Source: an uncultured Leifsonia sp. (GTDB lineage: Bacteria > Actinomycetota > Actinomycetes > Actinomycetales > Microbacteriaceae). Taken from it: DNA of 64,000 nt. The stretch lies in assembly GCF_963518615.1 (NCBI RefSeq), contig NZ_CAUQKC010000001.1, one strand, 5' to 3'. This document shows positions 1-10,166 of this stretch, piece after piece (position 1 is the first letter of the stretch; each line of letters begins with the position of its first letter). The notes beneath the pieces were generated by a model. That model was not told where the DNA came from. It saw nothing but the letters and a program-made list of their open reading frames with translations, and searched no databases. The position numbers and the translations under genes were made by a program.

Positions 1-189
1 GGTGATCTCGATCTTCGCGCCCGCGTTGTAGGTGCGGTCGACGGTCTTGCCCGTGGTGACGTTCTTCAGCTTGGTGCGGACGAACGCACCGCCCTTGCCC
101 GGCTTGACGTGCTGGAACTCGATCACGCTCCAGAGCTGTCCGTCGATGTTGAGGACGATTCCGTTCTTGATGTCAGCGGTCGATGCCAT
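1..189 (-). CDS. efp: Elongation factor P, N-terminal 63 codons (gene runs off the window start)
   Basis: Reverse translation from ATG at 189 gives [63 protein letters not shown], the EF-P KOW domain with the KPGKG loop. It is absent from the ORF track because the window edge truncates it. Confidence 0.9.
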   Translation of the reverse strand, partial: MASTADIKNGIVLNIDGQLWSVIEFQHVKPGKGGAFVRTKLKNVTTGKTVDRTYNAGAKIEIT

Positions 190-293
190 GCGCGTGTTCC
201 ATTCGGTTTACGGGAAGATTCGGGTGGATGCGGCGCCGCGGCGTCGTCCACGAAAGGCTCCGCCCAGCGGAAGGCCCCCAGAGATTCTAAAGG

Positions 294-740
294 TCAGCGC
301 GCGTTTCGGCGAATGGACGCGAGGGCCAGCCGGTAGGACTCGAAGCCGAAACCGGCGATGACGCCGCTCGCCACCGCGCTGATGACGCTGGTGTGCCGGA
401 ACTCCTCCCTGGCGTGCGGGTTGGAGATGTGCACCTCGATGACGGTGCCGCCGGCCTTGGTGACCATCCCGACCGCGTCGTGCAGCGCGTACGAGTAGTG
501 CGTCCACGCCCCGGCGTTCAGGATGACCGGCGAACCGCTGTCCATCGCCTCGTGCAGCCAGCCGAGCAGCTCGCCCTCGGTGTCGGTCTGGCGCAGGTCG
601 ATCGTGAGCTCCGGCGCATCCTGCTGCAGCAGCTCGCGCAGGTCGTCGAGGGTGCCGGACCCGTAGACGTCGGGCTCGCGCGTGCCGAGCCTGCCGAGAT
701 TGGGGCCGTTGAGGACGAGGACGCTGCTCACACCGCTCAC
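294..740 (-). CDS. aroQ: 3-dehydroquinate dehydratase, type II
   Basis: 148 aa. Contains [19 protein letters not shown] and [13 protein letters not shown], typical type II DHQase motifs. Lies next to aroB. Confidence 0.92.
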   Translation of the reverse strand: MSGVSSVLVLNGPNLGRLGTREPDVYGSGTLDDLRELLQQDAPELTIDLRQTDTEGELLGWLHEAMDSGSPVILNAGAWTHYSYALHDAVGMVTKAGGTVIEVHISNPHAREEFRHTSVISAVASGVIAGFGFESYRLALASIRRNAR

Positions 741-770
741 CCTACCGGTGCTCCCCGACCGACCTCATCA

Positions 771-1850
771 TCAGGAGCCGATCTCCTGGTACGCCGCGAA
801 CAGCAGGCTCTGGTCGGGCCCCGCCAGGACGGTGGGCCGGGCGACGTCGTCGAGCACGATGAACCGAAGCAGGCTGCCGCGCGCCTTCTTGTCCCGCTGC
901 ATCGTGGCGAGCAGCGTCTGCCAGCGGCCGAGCGGGTAGCTGGTGGGCAGCGTCAGCGACTCCAGGATCCGGCGGTGCCGTTCCACGACCTCGTCGCTCA
1001 AGCGGCCGCTCAGCCGGCCGAGCTCGGCCGCGAACACCATCCCGACCGAGATCGCGGCGCCGTGCCGCCACTGGTAGCGCTCGGCGTGCTCGATGGCGTG
1101 GCCGAGGGTGTGGCCGTAGTTGAGGATCTCGCGCAGGCCCTGCTCGGTGAAGTCCTCCCCGACGACGCGCGCCTTGATGCCGATCGACAGCTCCACCAGG
1201 CGGCGGAACTCGGGAGACTCGGGATCGGTGGCGACGTCCACGTCCCGCTCGATGGTGTCGAGGATCTCCGGCTCGGCGATGAAGCCGTACTTGACGACCT
1301 CGGCGAAGCCGGCGAGCAGCTCGTTGCGGCCGAGCGAGGTCAGCGTGTCCAGGTCGCAGACGACGGCGGCGGGGGCGTAGAAGGCGCCGACCAGGTTCTT
1401 GCCCTCCGCGGTGTTGATGCCGGTCTTGCCGCCGACGGCCGCATCCACCATTCCGAGCAGCGTCGTCGGGACCTGCACGAGCGTCACGCCGCGCAGCCAC
1501 GTGGCCGCGACGAATCCGGCGAGGTCGGTCACCGAGCCGCCGCCGAAGCCGACCACCGCGTCGGACCGGGTGAAGTCCGCCTGGCCCATGATCTGCCAGA
1601 GGAAGGACGCGACCTCGATGCGCTTGGCCGCCTCCGCGTCCGGCACCTCGGCCAGCAGCACCTCGTACTGCCCGAGCAGCGACTCGCGCAGCTCGGCGGC
1701 CGCGGCGCCCAGGGTCGGGGCGTGCACGATGAGGACCTTGCTCACGCCGGTCCCGAGGTGACGCGCCAGGTCGAAGCGCAGGCCGCGCCCGACGATCACG
1801 GGGTACTGCCGCTCCCCCGCGACCAGGATCTCGGTGGGTTCGTCGGTCAT
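771..1850 (-). CDS. aroB: 3-dehydroquinate synthase
   Basis: 359 aa. Contains GGGSVTDLAGFVAATWLRG and NYGHTLGHAIE motifs. Overlaps aroK by 4 nt. Confidence 0.93.
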   Translation of the reverse strand: MTDEPTEILVAGERQYPVIVGRGLRFDLARHLGTGVSKVLIVHAPTLGAAAAELRESLLGQYEVLLAEVPDAEAAKRIEVASFLWQIMGQADFTRSDAVVGFGGGSVTDLAGFVAATWLRGVTLVQVPTTLLGMVDAAVGGKTGINTAEGKNLVGAFYAPAAVVCDLDTLTSLGRNELLAGFAEVVKYGFIAEPEILDTIERDVDVATDPESPEFRRLVELSIGIKARVVGEDFTEQGLREILNYGHTLGHAIEHAERYQWRHGAAISVGMVFAAELGRLSGRLSDEVVERHRRILESLTLPTSYPLGRWQTLLATMQRDKKARGSLLRFIVLDDVARPTVLAGPDQSLLFAAYQEIGS

Positions 1851-2338
1851 TCCATTCCCTCCTCGGCCCAGCGGGCGATCTCCTCCACGATGGTCTCGAT
1901 CGGCCGGGACGATGTGTCGGCGGTGTAGTCGGCGAGCGACTCGTACAGCTCGCGGCGATCGGCCACGAGCCGCTTCCAGGACTCGATGTCGGTCACCAGC
2001 GGACGCTTGCTGTTCGCGATGCGCCTGGCGATCGCCTCCGGCTGCACGGTGATCAGGACGACCCGCTTCCCGGCCAGGTCCGCCCGGGTGTCGGCGTTCA
2101 GGATGGCGCCCCCGCCCAGGGAGACGACGCCGGGCTCCGCGACCGCCTCGGCGACAGCCTGGCGCTCCAGCTCTCGGAAGTACGGCTCACCGTGCTCGGC
2201 GAAGATGCCGGGGATCGGGCCGTGCTGGGCGACCACGACGGCGTCCGTGTCCACGAACGGGAGGCCGAGCCGCTTGGCCAGCCGCTTGCCGATTCTGGTC
2301 TTGCCCGCCGCCGGCGGTCCGATCAGGACGATCGTCAC
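1847..2338 (-). CDS. aroK: Shikimate kinase
   Basis: This is the 3' part of the long 1847..3571 ORF. A GTG at 2338 gives 163 aa starting VTIVLIGPPAAGKT (P-loop). The rest of the ORF is a shadow of aroC. Confidence 0.85.
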   Translation of the reverse strand: MTIVLIGPPAAGKTRIGKRLAKRLGLPFVDTDAVVVAQHGPIPGIFAEHGEPYFRELERQAVAEAVAEPGVVSLGGGAILNADTRADLAGKRVVLITVQPEAIARRIANSKRPLVTDIESWKRLVADRRELYESLADYTADTSSRPIETIVEEIARWAEEGME

Positions 2339-2346
2339 CGCGGCGC

Positions 2347-3555
2347 TCAGGCGTACGGAGCGCTCTGGCGCTCGGTCGCGAGGTTCTGCGGGATCGCGTC
2401 GAGGTAGCCGCGCAGATTGCGGGCCGTCTCGGCCACCGAGTCGCCGCCGAACTTCTCCAGCACGGCGTTCGCGAGCACGAGCGCGACCATCGCCTCCGCC
2501 ACGACGCCCGCTGCGGGCACGGCACAGACATCGGAGCGCTGGTGGTGCGCCGGCGCGGCCTCGCTGGTGGCGACGTCGATCGTCCGCAGCGCGTGCGGGA
2601 CGGTCGCGATCGGCTTCATCCCGGCGCGCACGCGCAGCACGCTTCCGGTGCTCATCCCGCCCTCGGTGCCGCCCGCCTTGTCGCTGGTGCGCACGATGGT
2701 GCCGTCCTCGGCGACGAGTTCGTCGTGCGCCTCGGAGCCGCGGCGCGTGGTCGTCAGGAAGCCGTCGCCGACCTCGACGCCCTTGATCGCCTGGATGCCC
2801 ATGAGCGCTGCGGCGAGCTGCGCGTCCAGCCGGCGGTCCCAGTGCACGTGCGAACCGAGCCCCGGCGGCAGGCCGTAGGCGAGCACCTCGACGACGCCGC
2901 CGAGGGTGTCGCCGTCCTTGTGCGCGGCGTCGACCTCGGCGACCATCCGCTCGGAGGTCGCGGGGTCGAAGCAGCGCAGCGGGTCGGCGTCCAGCGCGGC
3001 GACATCCTCCGGCTTCGGCAGCGCGGCGTCCTCCGGAACGCGCACCGGGCCGATGGACAGCGTGTGGCTGACCAGGGTGATCCCGAGCTCCGCGAGGAAG
3101 GACCGGGCGACGGCGCCGAGCGCGACGCGCGCCGCGGTCTCCCTGGCGCTCGCGCGCTCCAGGACCGGGCGCGCCTCGTCGAAGCCGTACTTCTGCATGC
3201 CGACCAGGTCGGCGTGACCGGGACGCGGACGGGTGAGCGCCGCGCCGCGGCCCGAGCTCAGCTTCTCGGGGTCGACCGGCTCGGGGCTCATCACGTCCAC
3301 CCACTTCGGCCACTCGGTGTTGCCGATGCGCAGCGCGATCGGGCTGCCGAGGCTCAGGCCGTGCCGGACGCCGCCCGAGACCTCCAGCGCGTCCTGCTCG
3401 AACTTCATCCGCGCGCCGCGGCCATAGCCGAGCTTGCGGCGCGCCAGATCGGCGCGCACGTTGTCGAGCGAGACGGGCACCCCGGCGGGGAGCCCCTCCA
3501 GGACGGCGATGAGTTCGGGGCCGTGGGATTCCCCGGCGGTGAGCCAACGAAGCAT
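2347..3555 (-). CDS. aroC: Chorismate synthase
   Basis: 402 aa. [14 protein letters not shown]-terminus and full-length resemblance to chorismate synthases. Confidence 0.95.
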   Translation of the reverse strand: MLRWLTAGESHGPELIAVLEGLPAGVPVSLDNVRADLARRKLGYGRGARMKFEQDALEVSGGVRHGLSLGSPIALRIGNTEWPKWVDVMSPEPVDPEKLSSGRGAALTRPRPGHADLVGMQKYGFDEARPVLERASARETAARVALGAVARSFLAELGITLVSHTLSIGPVRVPEDAALPKPEDVAALDADPLRCFDPATSERMVAEVDAAHKDGDTLGGVVEVLAYGLPPGLGSHVHWDRRLDAQLAAALMGIQAIKGVEVGDGFLTTTRRGSEAHDELVAEDGTIVRTSDKAGGTEGGMSTGSVLRVRAGMKPIATVPHALRTIDVATSEAAPAHHQRSDVCAVPAAGVVAEAMVALVLANAVLEKFGGDSVAETARNLRGYLDAIPQNLATERQSAPYA

Positions 3556-3609
3556 GCTTCGATTCTGGCACAGTGCCCGGGAGCGTCCCGCCGGGTTACG
3601 CCTCCGCTG

Positions 3610-4743
3610 TCACTCGCCGACGGGCGCGCCGGCCGCGTCGATGCCGACCGCGTCGAGCATCGCGGCGAGCACCTCGTCCTCGCCCTGCAGCGGCTGCAGC
3701 GGGTCGCCGGACACGAACACGCGCACCTGCAGCAGGGCCTGGTGCACGAGCAGCGCGAGGCCGGACACCACGCGTCCGCCGACGGCCTGCCAGTCGGCGG
3801 CGAGGGCGCTGGGCCACGGGTCGTACGCGACGTCGAACAGCAGCGAGCGCCTCCGAGTGGAGTCGGTGTAGACCGCGGCCGTGGAGGTGCCGCCCGGCAG
3901 GGCGCTGATCACCAGGTCGGGGACGTCCAGCGAGCGGTCGGCCTGCGCGAACGATCGCAGCCGGACCATCAGCCCGGCCTCGTGCGCGAGGGACTCCATC
4001 CAGACGCTCTTCTCGAGGTTGCGCACGTGCACGTCAACGCGCTCCGCCCCGAGCTCGGCCGCCGCGACGAGCGCGGACGCCGCGGTGGCGCCGCCGCCCA
4101 GGATGTGGACGTAGCGGGCGCTTTCGAGCCCGGCCGCCTGCAGCGCGCGGACCATGCCCGCGACGTCGGTGTTGAAGCCGCGGACGTCCTCGCCGTCCAG
4201 TAGCACGGTGTTCGCGGCGCCGGTCTGCTCGGCGACGCGGTCGGTGTCGGTGAGCAGCGGCAGCACCGCCTGCTTGAGCGGCATGGTGAGCGAGAGCCCG
4301 CGCCACTCCGGACCGAGGCCGTCGATGAAGCCCGCGAGGGCGCCCTCGGACACGTCGACCGGCTCGTACTCCCAGTTCAGGCCGAGCACGCGATACGCGG
4401 CCCGGTGCAGAGCCGGGGACTGCGAGTGGCCGATGGGCGAGCCGAGCACCGCGAGCGTGCGGGCGGGGCCGCTCTGGCGGGTCTTCGCGGTGGAGGGGGC
4501 CTTCGAGCCGGTAGCGGCGGCCTTGGGCTTCTTCGCGGCCGGCTTGGCCGGTGCGGGGGTCGGTGCCGGTTCGTCCGGCTCCTCGCTCTCGGCCGCGGCC
4601 TCCGCCTCGGCGATCGCGCTCTCCTCCGCCTCGGCCTCGCGCTCGGCCTCCACCAGGTCGGCGATCATGGCCTCCGCCGACGCCTCGGAGACGCCGTCCT
4701 CGATCGACTCCTCGCGTCCGGTCTTCTTGCTGGCGTCACTCAT
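3610..4743 (-). CDS. aroE: Shikimate dehydrogenase-like protein with ~95-aa acidic/Lys-Pro-Ala-rich N-terminal extension
   Basis: The C-terminal ~280 aa contain LAVLGSPIGHSQSPALHRAAY...LSLTMPLKQ (AroE motifs). The start at 4743 overlaps the mltG stop by 8 nt. An internal start cannot be excluded. Confidence 0.8.
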   Translation of the reverse strand: MSDASKKTGREESIEDGVSEASAEAMIADLVEAEREAEAEESAIAEAEAAAESEEPDEPAPTPAPAKPAAKKPKAAATGSKAPSTAKTRQSGPARTLAVLGSPIGHSQSPALHRAAYRVLGLNWEYEPVDVSEGALAGFIDGLGPEWRGLSLTMPLKQAVLPLLTDTDRVAEQTGAANTVLLDGEDVRGFNTDVAGMVRALQAAGLESARYVHILGGGATAASALVAAAELGAERVDVHVRNLEKSVWMESLAHEAGLMVRLRSFAQADRSLDVPDLVISALPGGTSTAAVYTDSTRRRSLLFDVAYDPWPSALAADWQAVGGRVVSGLALLVHQALLQVRVFVSGDPLQPLQGEDEVLAAMLDAVGIDAAGAPVGE

Positions 4744-6247
4744 ACCCGGGGTTGTCCTTCATCCACTGGTGCCACTTCTCCACCGCGGCCTCGTGCTCGG
4801 CGAGGGTCGTCGAGAAGATCGTCTCTCCGGTCTTCAGGTTCCACGTCACGAAGAACATCCACGGACCGGTCGCGGGATGCACCGCTGCGTTGATCGCCAG
4901 GTCGCCCGGGTTCGAGATCGGGCCGACCGGGAGCCCCGGGTGCACGTACGTGTTGTACGGGTTTCCGGCGTCGGCGCGCTCGGCGTCCGTCGTCCCCGCC
5001 CGCTCGGTGTGCCCCGTCCCGTAGGTGACGGTCGCGTCCGACTCCAGCTTCCAGCCCTGCGCGAGCCGGTTGAGGAAGACCCTGGCGACCTTCGGGTAGT
5101 CGTCCTTCAGCCCGGCCTCGCGCTGGACGACCGACGCGAGCAGGATGGTCTTCCAGCGGTCGGCCGGCTTCACCCCCGCGTCGTCGAGAGCCTGGAACAT
5201 CCGGTCCACCATCGTCGTGATGGCCTGCTTCGCCGTGGTGCCGGGCGCGAACGTGTATGTCGCGGGGAACAGGAAGCCCTCGAGCGTCTTCGCCTCCGGC
5301 GGCAGCCCGTACTGGGCGGGAGACTTCGCCTCCTTCTGCAGGTCGGCGAGCGGGATCTTGGTGCTGTCCGCGACGATCTGCAGGATGTCCTTCTCGGTCG
5401 TCCCCTCCGGGATGACCGCCGTGTTCTCGACACGCGACGCCGGGTCCTGCAGCGCGATCAGCGCCGCCTGCGCGCTCATCCCCTTCGCGAGCTTGAACAC
5501 GCCGGGCTGGAACTCGACCTGCGGCTGCTGGCGCAGCAGCAGCGAGTAGAACGCGTCGTAGCTCTTCGTGACGCCCGCCTTGTGCAGGTTGGTCGCGATG
5601 CTGTCGCCGGTGTCCCCCGACTTGATGGTGAACATGACCTCGCCGGTGCCATTGCCGGTGTAGTCGTTGTCGACGGGTGTCAGCGCGGTGACGATCTTCG
5701 CGATCTGCGGCTGGAAGAACGCGTACGCTCCCCCCGCCAGCCCGCCGAGGATCGCCACGATCACGACGGTCACCACGAGCGGCCTGACCCAGCGCCGCTT
5801 GCGCTTGGGGGCGTCCTCGTGCGAGAGATAGTTCTGCTGCCGCCAGACCAGCGGCGACTCCGCCTGAGACGACTCCGGCTCCTCGTCGAGCGCGCCGAAC
5901 AGGGCGCGGACGGGATGGTCGTGGTCGTGCCCGTGCTCGGAGCCGTGCCGGACGGCGCCGACCGACTCGAGCTCCGGCTCGTCCGCCGCGTCCACCCGCG
6001 CGATCGGCCCGGTGATGACGGAGTCGAAGTCGAGTCCCTCGAGCGCGTCGCGCTGAGCGGGCGACTCGGTCGGTCCCGTCACCGGCGGTGCCGCCGGTGG
6101 CTGCCGATCACCGGACTGCTCGGCCTGCGCAGCCTCCTGCGCCTCCGCGGCCTGACGCGCCTCGCGCGCCTCCCTGCGGGTCATCGGCGGTCGGTTCACG
6201 GCAGGGAACACGGGGGGATCCGGCTTCTCCTGCGGATTGTGCGACAA
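4736..6247 (-). CDS. mltG: Endolytic murein transglycosylase MltG (YceG family) with long disordered N-terminus and one TM helix
   Basis: 503 aa. TM helix WVRPLVVTVVIVAILGGLAGGAYAFF, then a YceG-like domain (LLASVVQREAG...YNTYVHPGLPVGPISNPG). Confidence 0.88.
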   Translation of the reverse strand: MSHNPQEKPDPPVFPAVNRPPMTRREAREARQAAEAQEAAQAEQSGDRQPPAAPPVTGPTESPAQRDALEGLDFDSVITGPIARVDAADEPELESVGAVRHGSEHGHDHDHPVRALFGALDEEPESSQAESPLVWRQQNYLSHEDAPKRKRRWVRPLVVTVVIVAILGGLAGGAYAFFQPQIAKIVTALTPVDNDYTGNGTGEVMFTIKSGDTGDSIATNLHKAGVTKSYDAFYSLLLRQQPQVEFQPGVFKLAKGMSAQAALIALQDPASRVENTAVIPEGTTEKDILQIVADSTKIPLADLQKEAKSPAQYGLPPEAKTLEGFLFPATYTFAPGTTAKQAITTMVDRMFQALDDAGVKPADRWKTILLASVVQREAGLKDDYPKVARVFLNRLAQGWKLESDATVTYGTGHTERAGTTDAERADAGNPYNTYVHPGLPVGPISNPGDLAINAAVHPATGPWMFFVTWNLKTGETIFSTTLAEHEAAVEKWHQWMKDNPGYE

Positions 6248-6264
6248 GCTTCAGTCCAATGCTC

Positions 6265-6717
6265 TTATTCGACGGGGTCACCCGGCGGACGGCCTGTGGC
6301 GCGCTCCGCGTCGAGGGCGTGCTGCAAAATTATCGTGGCCGCCACCTGATCCACCACTGGACGCGCAGTTTTCGCGTTTCTGCCGGACGCTCGCAGTGCG
6401 GAGTGGGCGGAGACGGTGCTCAGCCGTTCATCCACCAGCCGCACCGGTGCCTCCACCTCGGCGCCAAGCGCTTCGGCGAAGGCGATGGCGTCGTCGGTGG
6501 ATGCGGTGTGCGCGCCTGAAAGGGCCAACGGCAACCCGACGATAATCTCGAAAACTCCGAGTTCGCTCACGATCTCCGCGATCCTGCGACGATCCGCAGC
6601 GTCCTCGGAGCGTGCGACGGTCTCCAGGGGCGTGGCGAGCATCCCGTGGAGGTCGGACCGGCTGACGCCGATCCTGACCTTGCCCACGTCGATGCCGAGC
6701 CGGACTCCGGTCCGCAC
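6265..6717 (-). CDS. ruvX: Holliday junction resolvase-like RuvX/YqgF
   Basis: 150 aa. RLGIDVGKVRIGVS N-terminus. Conserved alaS-ruvX-mltG-aroE order. Confidence 0.9.
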   Translation of the reverse strand: MRTGVRLGIDVGKVRIGVSRSDLHGMLATPLETVARSEDAADRRRIAEIVSELGVFEIIVGLPLALSGAHTASTDDAIAFAEALGAEVEAPVRLVDERLSTVSAHSALRASGRNAKTARPVVDQVAATIILQHALDAERATGRPPGDPVE

Positions 6718-6720
6718 GCG

Positions 6721-9378
6721 TTACCCGATCGCCGACGCCACCGCGCCGAGTGCCGCCGGGATCGCGTCGGCGTCGGTGCCGCCGCCCTGCGCGAGGTCGG
6801 CCTTGCCGCCGCCTCCGCCGCCGAGGATGCCCGCCGCCGTCTTGGCGAGGGCGCCCGCGTTCACACCGGCGTCGCGCGCCGCCTGGTTGGTGGCGACGAT
6901 GACGACGGGCTTGCCCGCCGCGCGCGCGGCGAGGGCGACGGTCGCCGGGTCGGAGCCGAGGCGCTCGCGCACCGTGGTCACCAGCAGGCGCAGGTCGTCC
7001 GCCGAGTTCAGCGTTCCCGCGTCCTCGGCCACGACGGTCACCGCGCCGCGCCGGGTCGCGGACTCCAGCAGGCCGGGGACCTTGTCGAGGACGGCGCGCG
7101 CCTCGAACGCCTGGATGCGCTTCTCGGCCGCCTTGAGGCTCGCCATCAGGTCGGCGATCTTCTCCGGCAACTGCTCGCGCGGGGTCTTCAGCGAGCTCGA
7201 GAGCTGCGAGACGATCGTGCGCTCGACCGCGAGGTCCTGGAACGCCTCCAGGCCCACCAGCGACTCGACGCGGCGGTTGGTGGAGCCGACGGACGACTCG
7301 CTGACCAGGTTGATCATCCCGATCTCGGCGCTGCTGGACACGTGCGTGCCCGCGCAGAGCTCGCGGGACCACGGGCCGCCGATGTCGACGACGCGGACGA
7401 CGTCGCCGTACTTCTCGCCGAACAGCGCCATCGCGCCGAGCGCCTTGGCCTCGGCGAGCGGGAGCTCGCGCGTCGTCACCTCGAGGTTGTCGCGGATCGC
7501 GTTGTTCGAGATCTCCTCGATCTCGCTGCGGGTCTCCGGGGACAGCGCCTGGTTCCACGAGAAGTCGAGCCGCAGGTAGCCCGCCTTGTTGTAGGAACCG
7601 GACTGGTGCGCGTTGGGGCCGAGCACCTGGCGCAGCGCCGCGTGGATGATGTGCGTGCCGGAGTGCGCCTGGCGCGCCCCGCGACGGTACTGCGCGTCGA
7701 CCAGGCTGGTCGCGGGAGCGCCGACGCCCACCTCGCCGCTGCGCACGAGCACCTTGTGGCTGATCAGGCCCTTCACGGGCTTCTGCACGTCGAGCACGTC
7801 CAGCTCGTAGCCGGGGCCGACGATCGTCCCGGCGTCCGCGTCCTGCCCGCCGGACTCGGCGTACAGCGCGGTCGCGCCCAGGATGACCTCGGCGACCTGG
7901 CCCTCCGTCGCCTTGTTCACGGACTGACCGTCCACGATCAGGCCGAGCACGGTCGACTCGGTCTCGAGCTCGGTGTAGCCGGTGAAGACGGTCTCGCCCT
8001 GCGAGCGGAATGCGCTGTAGACCGACAGGTCGGCCAGCGCGGTCTTCTTCGCCTTCGCGTCCGCCTTGGCGCGAGCGCGCTGGTCGGCCATCAGGCTGTC
8101 GAACGCGCCGCGGTCGACGCTGAGGCCTGCCTCCTCCGCCATCTCCAGCGTGAGGTCGATCGGGAAGCCGTAGGTGTCGTGCAGCAGGAACGCGGTGTCG
8201 CCAGCGAGCTGCTCCTTGCCCGCCTTGCGGGTGTTCGCGACCGCGGTGTCCAGGATGCTGGTGCCGGCCGCGAGGGTGCGGAGGAACGTCTCCTCCTCCG
8301 CGTACGCGAGCTGCGAGGTACGCGCGAACTCGGTCTCCACCTCCGGGTAGGCGGCCTTCATCGCGTCGCGGGAGACCGGGAACAGCTCGGGGAAGGTCGC
8401 GTCCTCCACGCCCAGCAGGCGCATCGCGCGCACGGTGCGGCGCAGCAGCCGGCGCAGCACGTAGCCGCGGCCCTCGTTGGACGGCGTGACGCCGTCGGTC
8501 ATCAGCATCAGCGCGCTGCGGACGTGGTCCGCGACGACGCGCAACCGGACGTCGTCCTCGTGCGCCTCGTTGCCGTACGGCTTGTTCGCGAGTTCGGCGG
8601 CACGGTCGAGCACGGGGCGCACCTGGTCGATCTCGTACATGTTGTCGACGCCCTGCTTGATGAACGCGACGCGCTCGAGGCCCAGGCCGGTGTCGATGTT
8701 CTTCTTCGGCAGGTCGCCCAGGATCTCGAAGTCCTTCTTGCCGGTGCCCTCGCCGCGCAGGTACTGCATGAAGACAAGGTTCCAGATCTCGACGTAGCGG
8801 TCGTCGTCCGTCGCCGGGCCGCCGTCGATGCCGTACGCGGGGCCGCGGTCGAAGAAGATCTCGGAGCAGGGGCCAGCCGGTCCCGGCTGACCGGTCGACC
8901 AGTAGTTGGTGTCCTTGCCGAGGTCCTGGATGCGCTCCGGCGGGAGGGTGGAGACGCGCTGCCAGATCTCGCGGGCCTCGTCGTCCTCCTCGTACACCGT
9001 CACCCACAGGTCGTCGGGCGAGAAGCCGAGGCCGCCCTCCTCCTCGGAGGTGGTCAGCAGGTCCCAGGCGAAGGTGATCGCCTGCTCCTTGAAGTAGTCG
9101 CCGAACGAGAAGTTGCCGCACATCTGGAAGAAGGTGCCGTGCCGCGGCGTCTTGCCGACCTCGTCGATGTCGAGGGTGCGGATGCACTTCTGCACGCTGG
9201 TCGCCCGCGGGAAGGGCGCGGGGACGACACCGGTCAGGTAGGGGACGAACGGCACCATTCCGGCCACCGTGAACAGCAGCGACGGGTCGTCGCTGACGAG
9301 GGAGGCGGAGGGGACGACGGTGTGACCGCGCTTGGCGAAGAAGTCGAGCCAGCGGCGGTGGATTTCAGCAGTCTGCAT
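6721..9378 (-). CDS. alaS: Alanine--tRNA ligase
   Basis: 885 aa. MQTAEIHRRWLDFFAKRGHTVVPSASLV N-terminus, editing-domain HSGTH motif, C-terminal DHHA1-like region. Confidence 0.97.
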   Translation of the reverse strand: MQTAEIHRRWLDFFAKRGHTVVPSASLVSDDPSLLFTVAGMVPFVPYLTGVVPAPFPRATSVQKCIRTLDIDEVGKTPRHGTFFQMCGNFSFGDYFKEQAITFAWDLLTTSEEEGGLGFSPDDLWVTVYEEDDEAREIWQRVSTLPPERIQDLGKDTNYWSTGQPGPAGPCSEIFFDRGPAYGIDGGPATDDDRYVEIWNLVFMQYLRGEGTGKKDFEILGDLPKKNIDTGLGLERVAFIKQGVDNMYEIDQVRPVLDRAAELANKPYGNEAHEDDVRLRVVADHVRSALMLMTDGVTPSNEGRGYVLRRLLRRTVRAMRLLGVEDATFPELFPVSRDAMKAAYPEVETEFARTSQLAYAEEETFLRTLAAGTSILDTAVANTRKAGKEQLAGDTAFLLHDTYGFPIDLTLEMAEEAGLSVDRGAFDSLMADQRARAKADAKAKKTALADLSVYSAFRSQGETVFTGYTELETESTVLGLIVDGQSVNKATEGQVAEVILGATALYAESGGQDADAGTIVGPGYELDVLDVQKPVKGLISHKVLVRSGEVGVGAPATSLVDAQYRRGARQAHSGTHIIHAALRQVLGPNAHQSGSYNKAGYLRLDFSWNQALSPETRSEIEEISNNAIRDNLEVTTRELPLAEAKALGAMALFGEKYGDVVRVVDIGGPWSRELCAGTHVSSSAEIGMINLVSESSVGSTNRRVESLVGLEAFQDLAVERTIVSQLSSSLKTPREQLPEKIADLMASLKAAEKRIQAFEARAVLDKVPGLLESATRRGAVTVVAEDAGTLNSADDLRLLVTTVRERLGSDPATVALAARAAGKPVVIVATNQAARDAGVNAGALAKTAAGILGGGGGGKADLAQGGGTDADAIPAALGAVASAIG

Positions 9379-9422
9379 GGGTTCCGGTCGGATCGAAGCG
9401 AGTTTGTGGGGGAAAGAGCGGC

Positions 9423-9614
9423 TCAGTCGCCGTCGATGGCCGAGCGGATCTCGGCCTCGCGCTGGCGGTAGCCGTCGGAGACGGCCTCTCCGAAGTCACG
9501 CGCCTTCTTGTCGAGCGTGCTGAAGAACTCGCGGCCCTTGGGGGTCTCGTTGACCTTGTGGGCGACGGCGAAGCCGAGTGCGACGCCGACGAGCAGCCAC
9601 AGGAAACTCTTCAT
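9423..9614 (-). CDS. Small membrane protein (YtxH-like)
   Basis: 63 aa. N-terminal TM helix FLWLLVGVALGFAVA, then a charged helical tail. Partners with the DUF948 gene upstream. Confidence 0.6.
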   Translation of the reverse strand: MKSFLWLLVGVALGFAVAHKVNETPKGREFFSTLDKKARDFGEAVSDGYRQREAEIRSAIDGD

Positions 9615-9665
9615 TGCTGGATCTTCCTCCCTGGATGCGTGCGCTCCCGGCGCACTCGCGCAAGT

Positions 9666-10058
9666 CTAGTCCGCTCGGCCGCGACGACGCCGGGAGCCGC
9701 CCGCCGCCCGGAAGGCGGCACGCGCGGCCGCGCTGAACCCCGCGAGCTTGATCAGCGGACCGCCGACGGTCGCGGCGAACAGCGCGACCAGGGCCGAGAC
9801 GTTGCCCGTCACATCGGCCACGTTCTTCGTGATCACGTCCACGCGGGCGAGCTGCTTGTTCGTCTCCTGAATGGTCGTGGCGGTCTCGTCCAGGATCGGC
9901 GTGATGCCGTCGCTGGCCTCCTTGATCGCGTCCCTGGTCGAGTCGAGCACCCGGCCGAGCTTCAGCAGCGGCACGGCGATGAAGCCGACCAGCACGGCGA
10001 AGACCACCGCAGCGATCAGTCCAGCGATGTCTCCTCCGGACATGTCGGCCCCCTCCAT
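9666..10058 (-). CDS. DUF948 domain membrane protein
   Basis: 130 aa. TM helix IAGLIAAVVFAVLVGFIAVPLL followed by a coiled region typical of DUF948. The start could instead be the internal Met at codon 6. Confidence 0.7.
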   Translation of the reverse strand: MEGADMSGGDIAGLIAAVVFAVLVGFIAVPLLKLGRVLDSTRDAIKEASDGITPILDETATTIQETNKQLARVDVITKNVADVTGNVSALVALFAATVGGPLIKLAGFSAAARAAFRAAGGSRRRRGRAD

Positions 10059-10103
10059 TCCGTGACGGGCATACGTCCCCAGCGTACGGGAACCGGACGC
10101 CGG

Positions 10104-10147
10104 GGAAAAGGAGAACGGGGCCGTGGCGCGAAGCCACGACCCCGTTC
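10104..10147 (-). terminator. Intrinsic terminator downstream of rpsD
   Basis: GC-rich hairpin 10113-10147 (gaacggggccgtggcgcgaagccacgaccccgttc). On the minus strand it is followed by TCCTTTTCC. Confidence 0.6.
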
Positions 10148-10166
10148 TGCGGGAGTCTCGCGAGCC

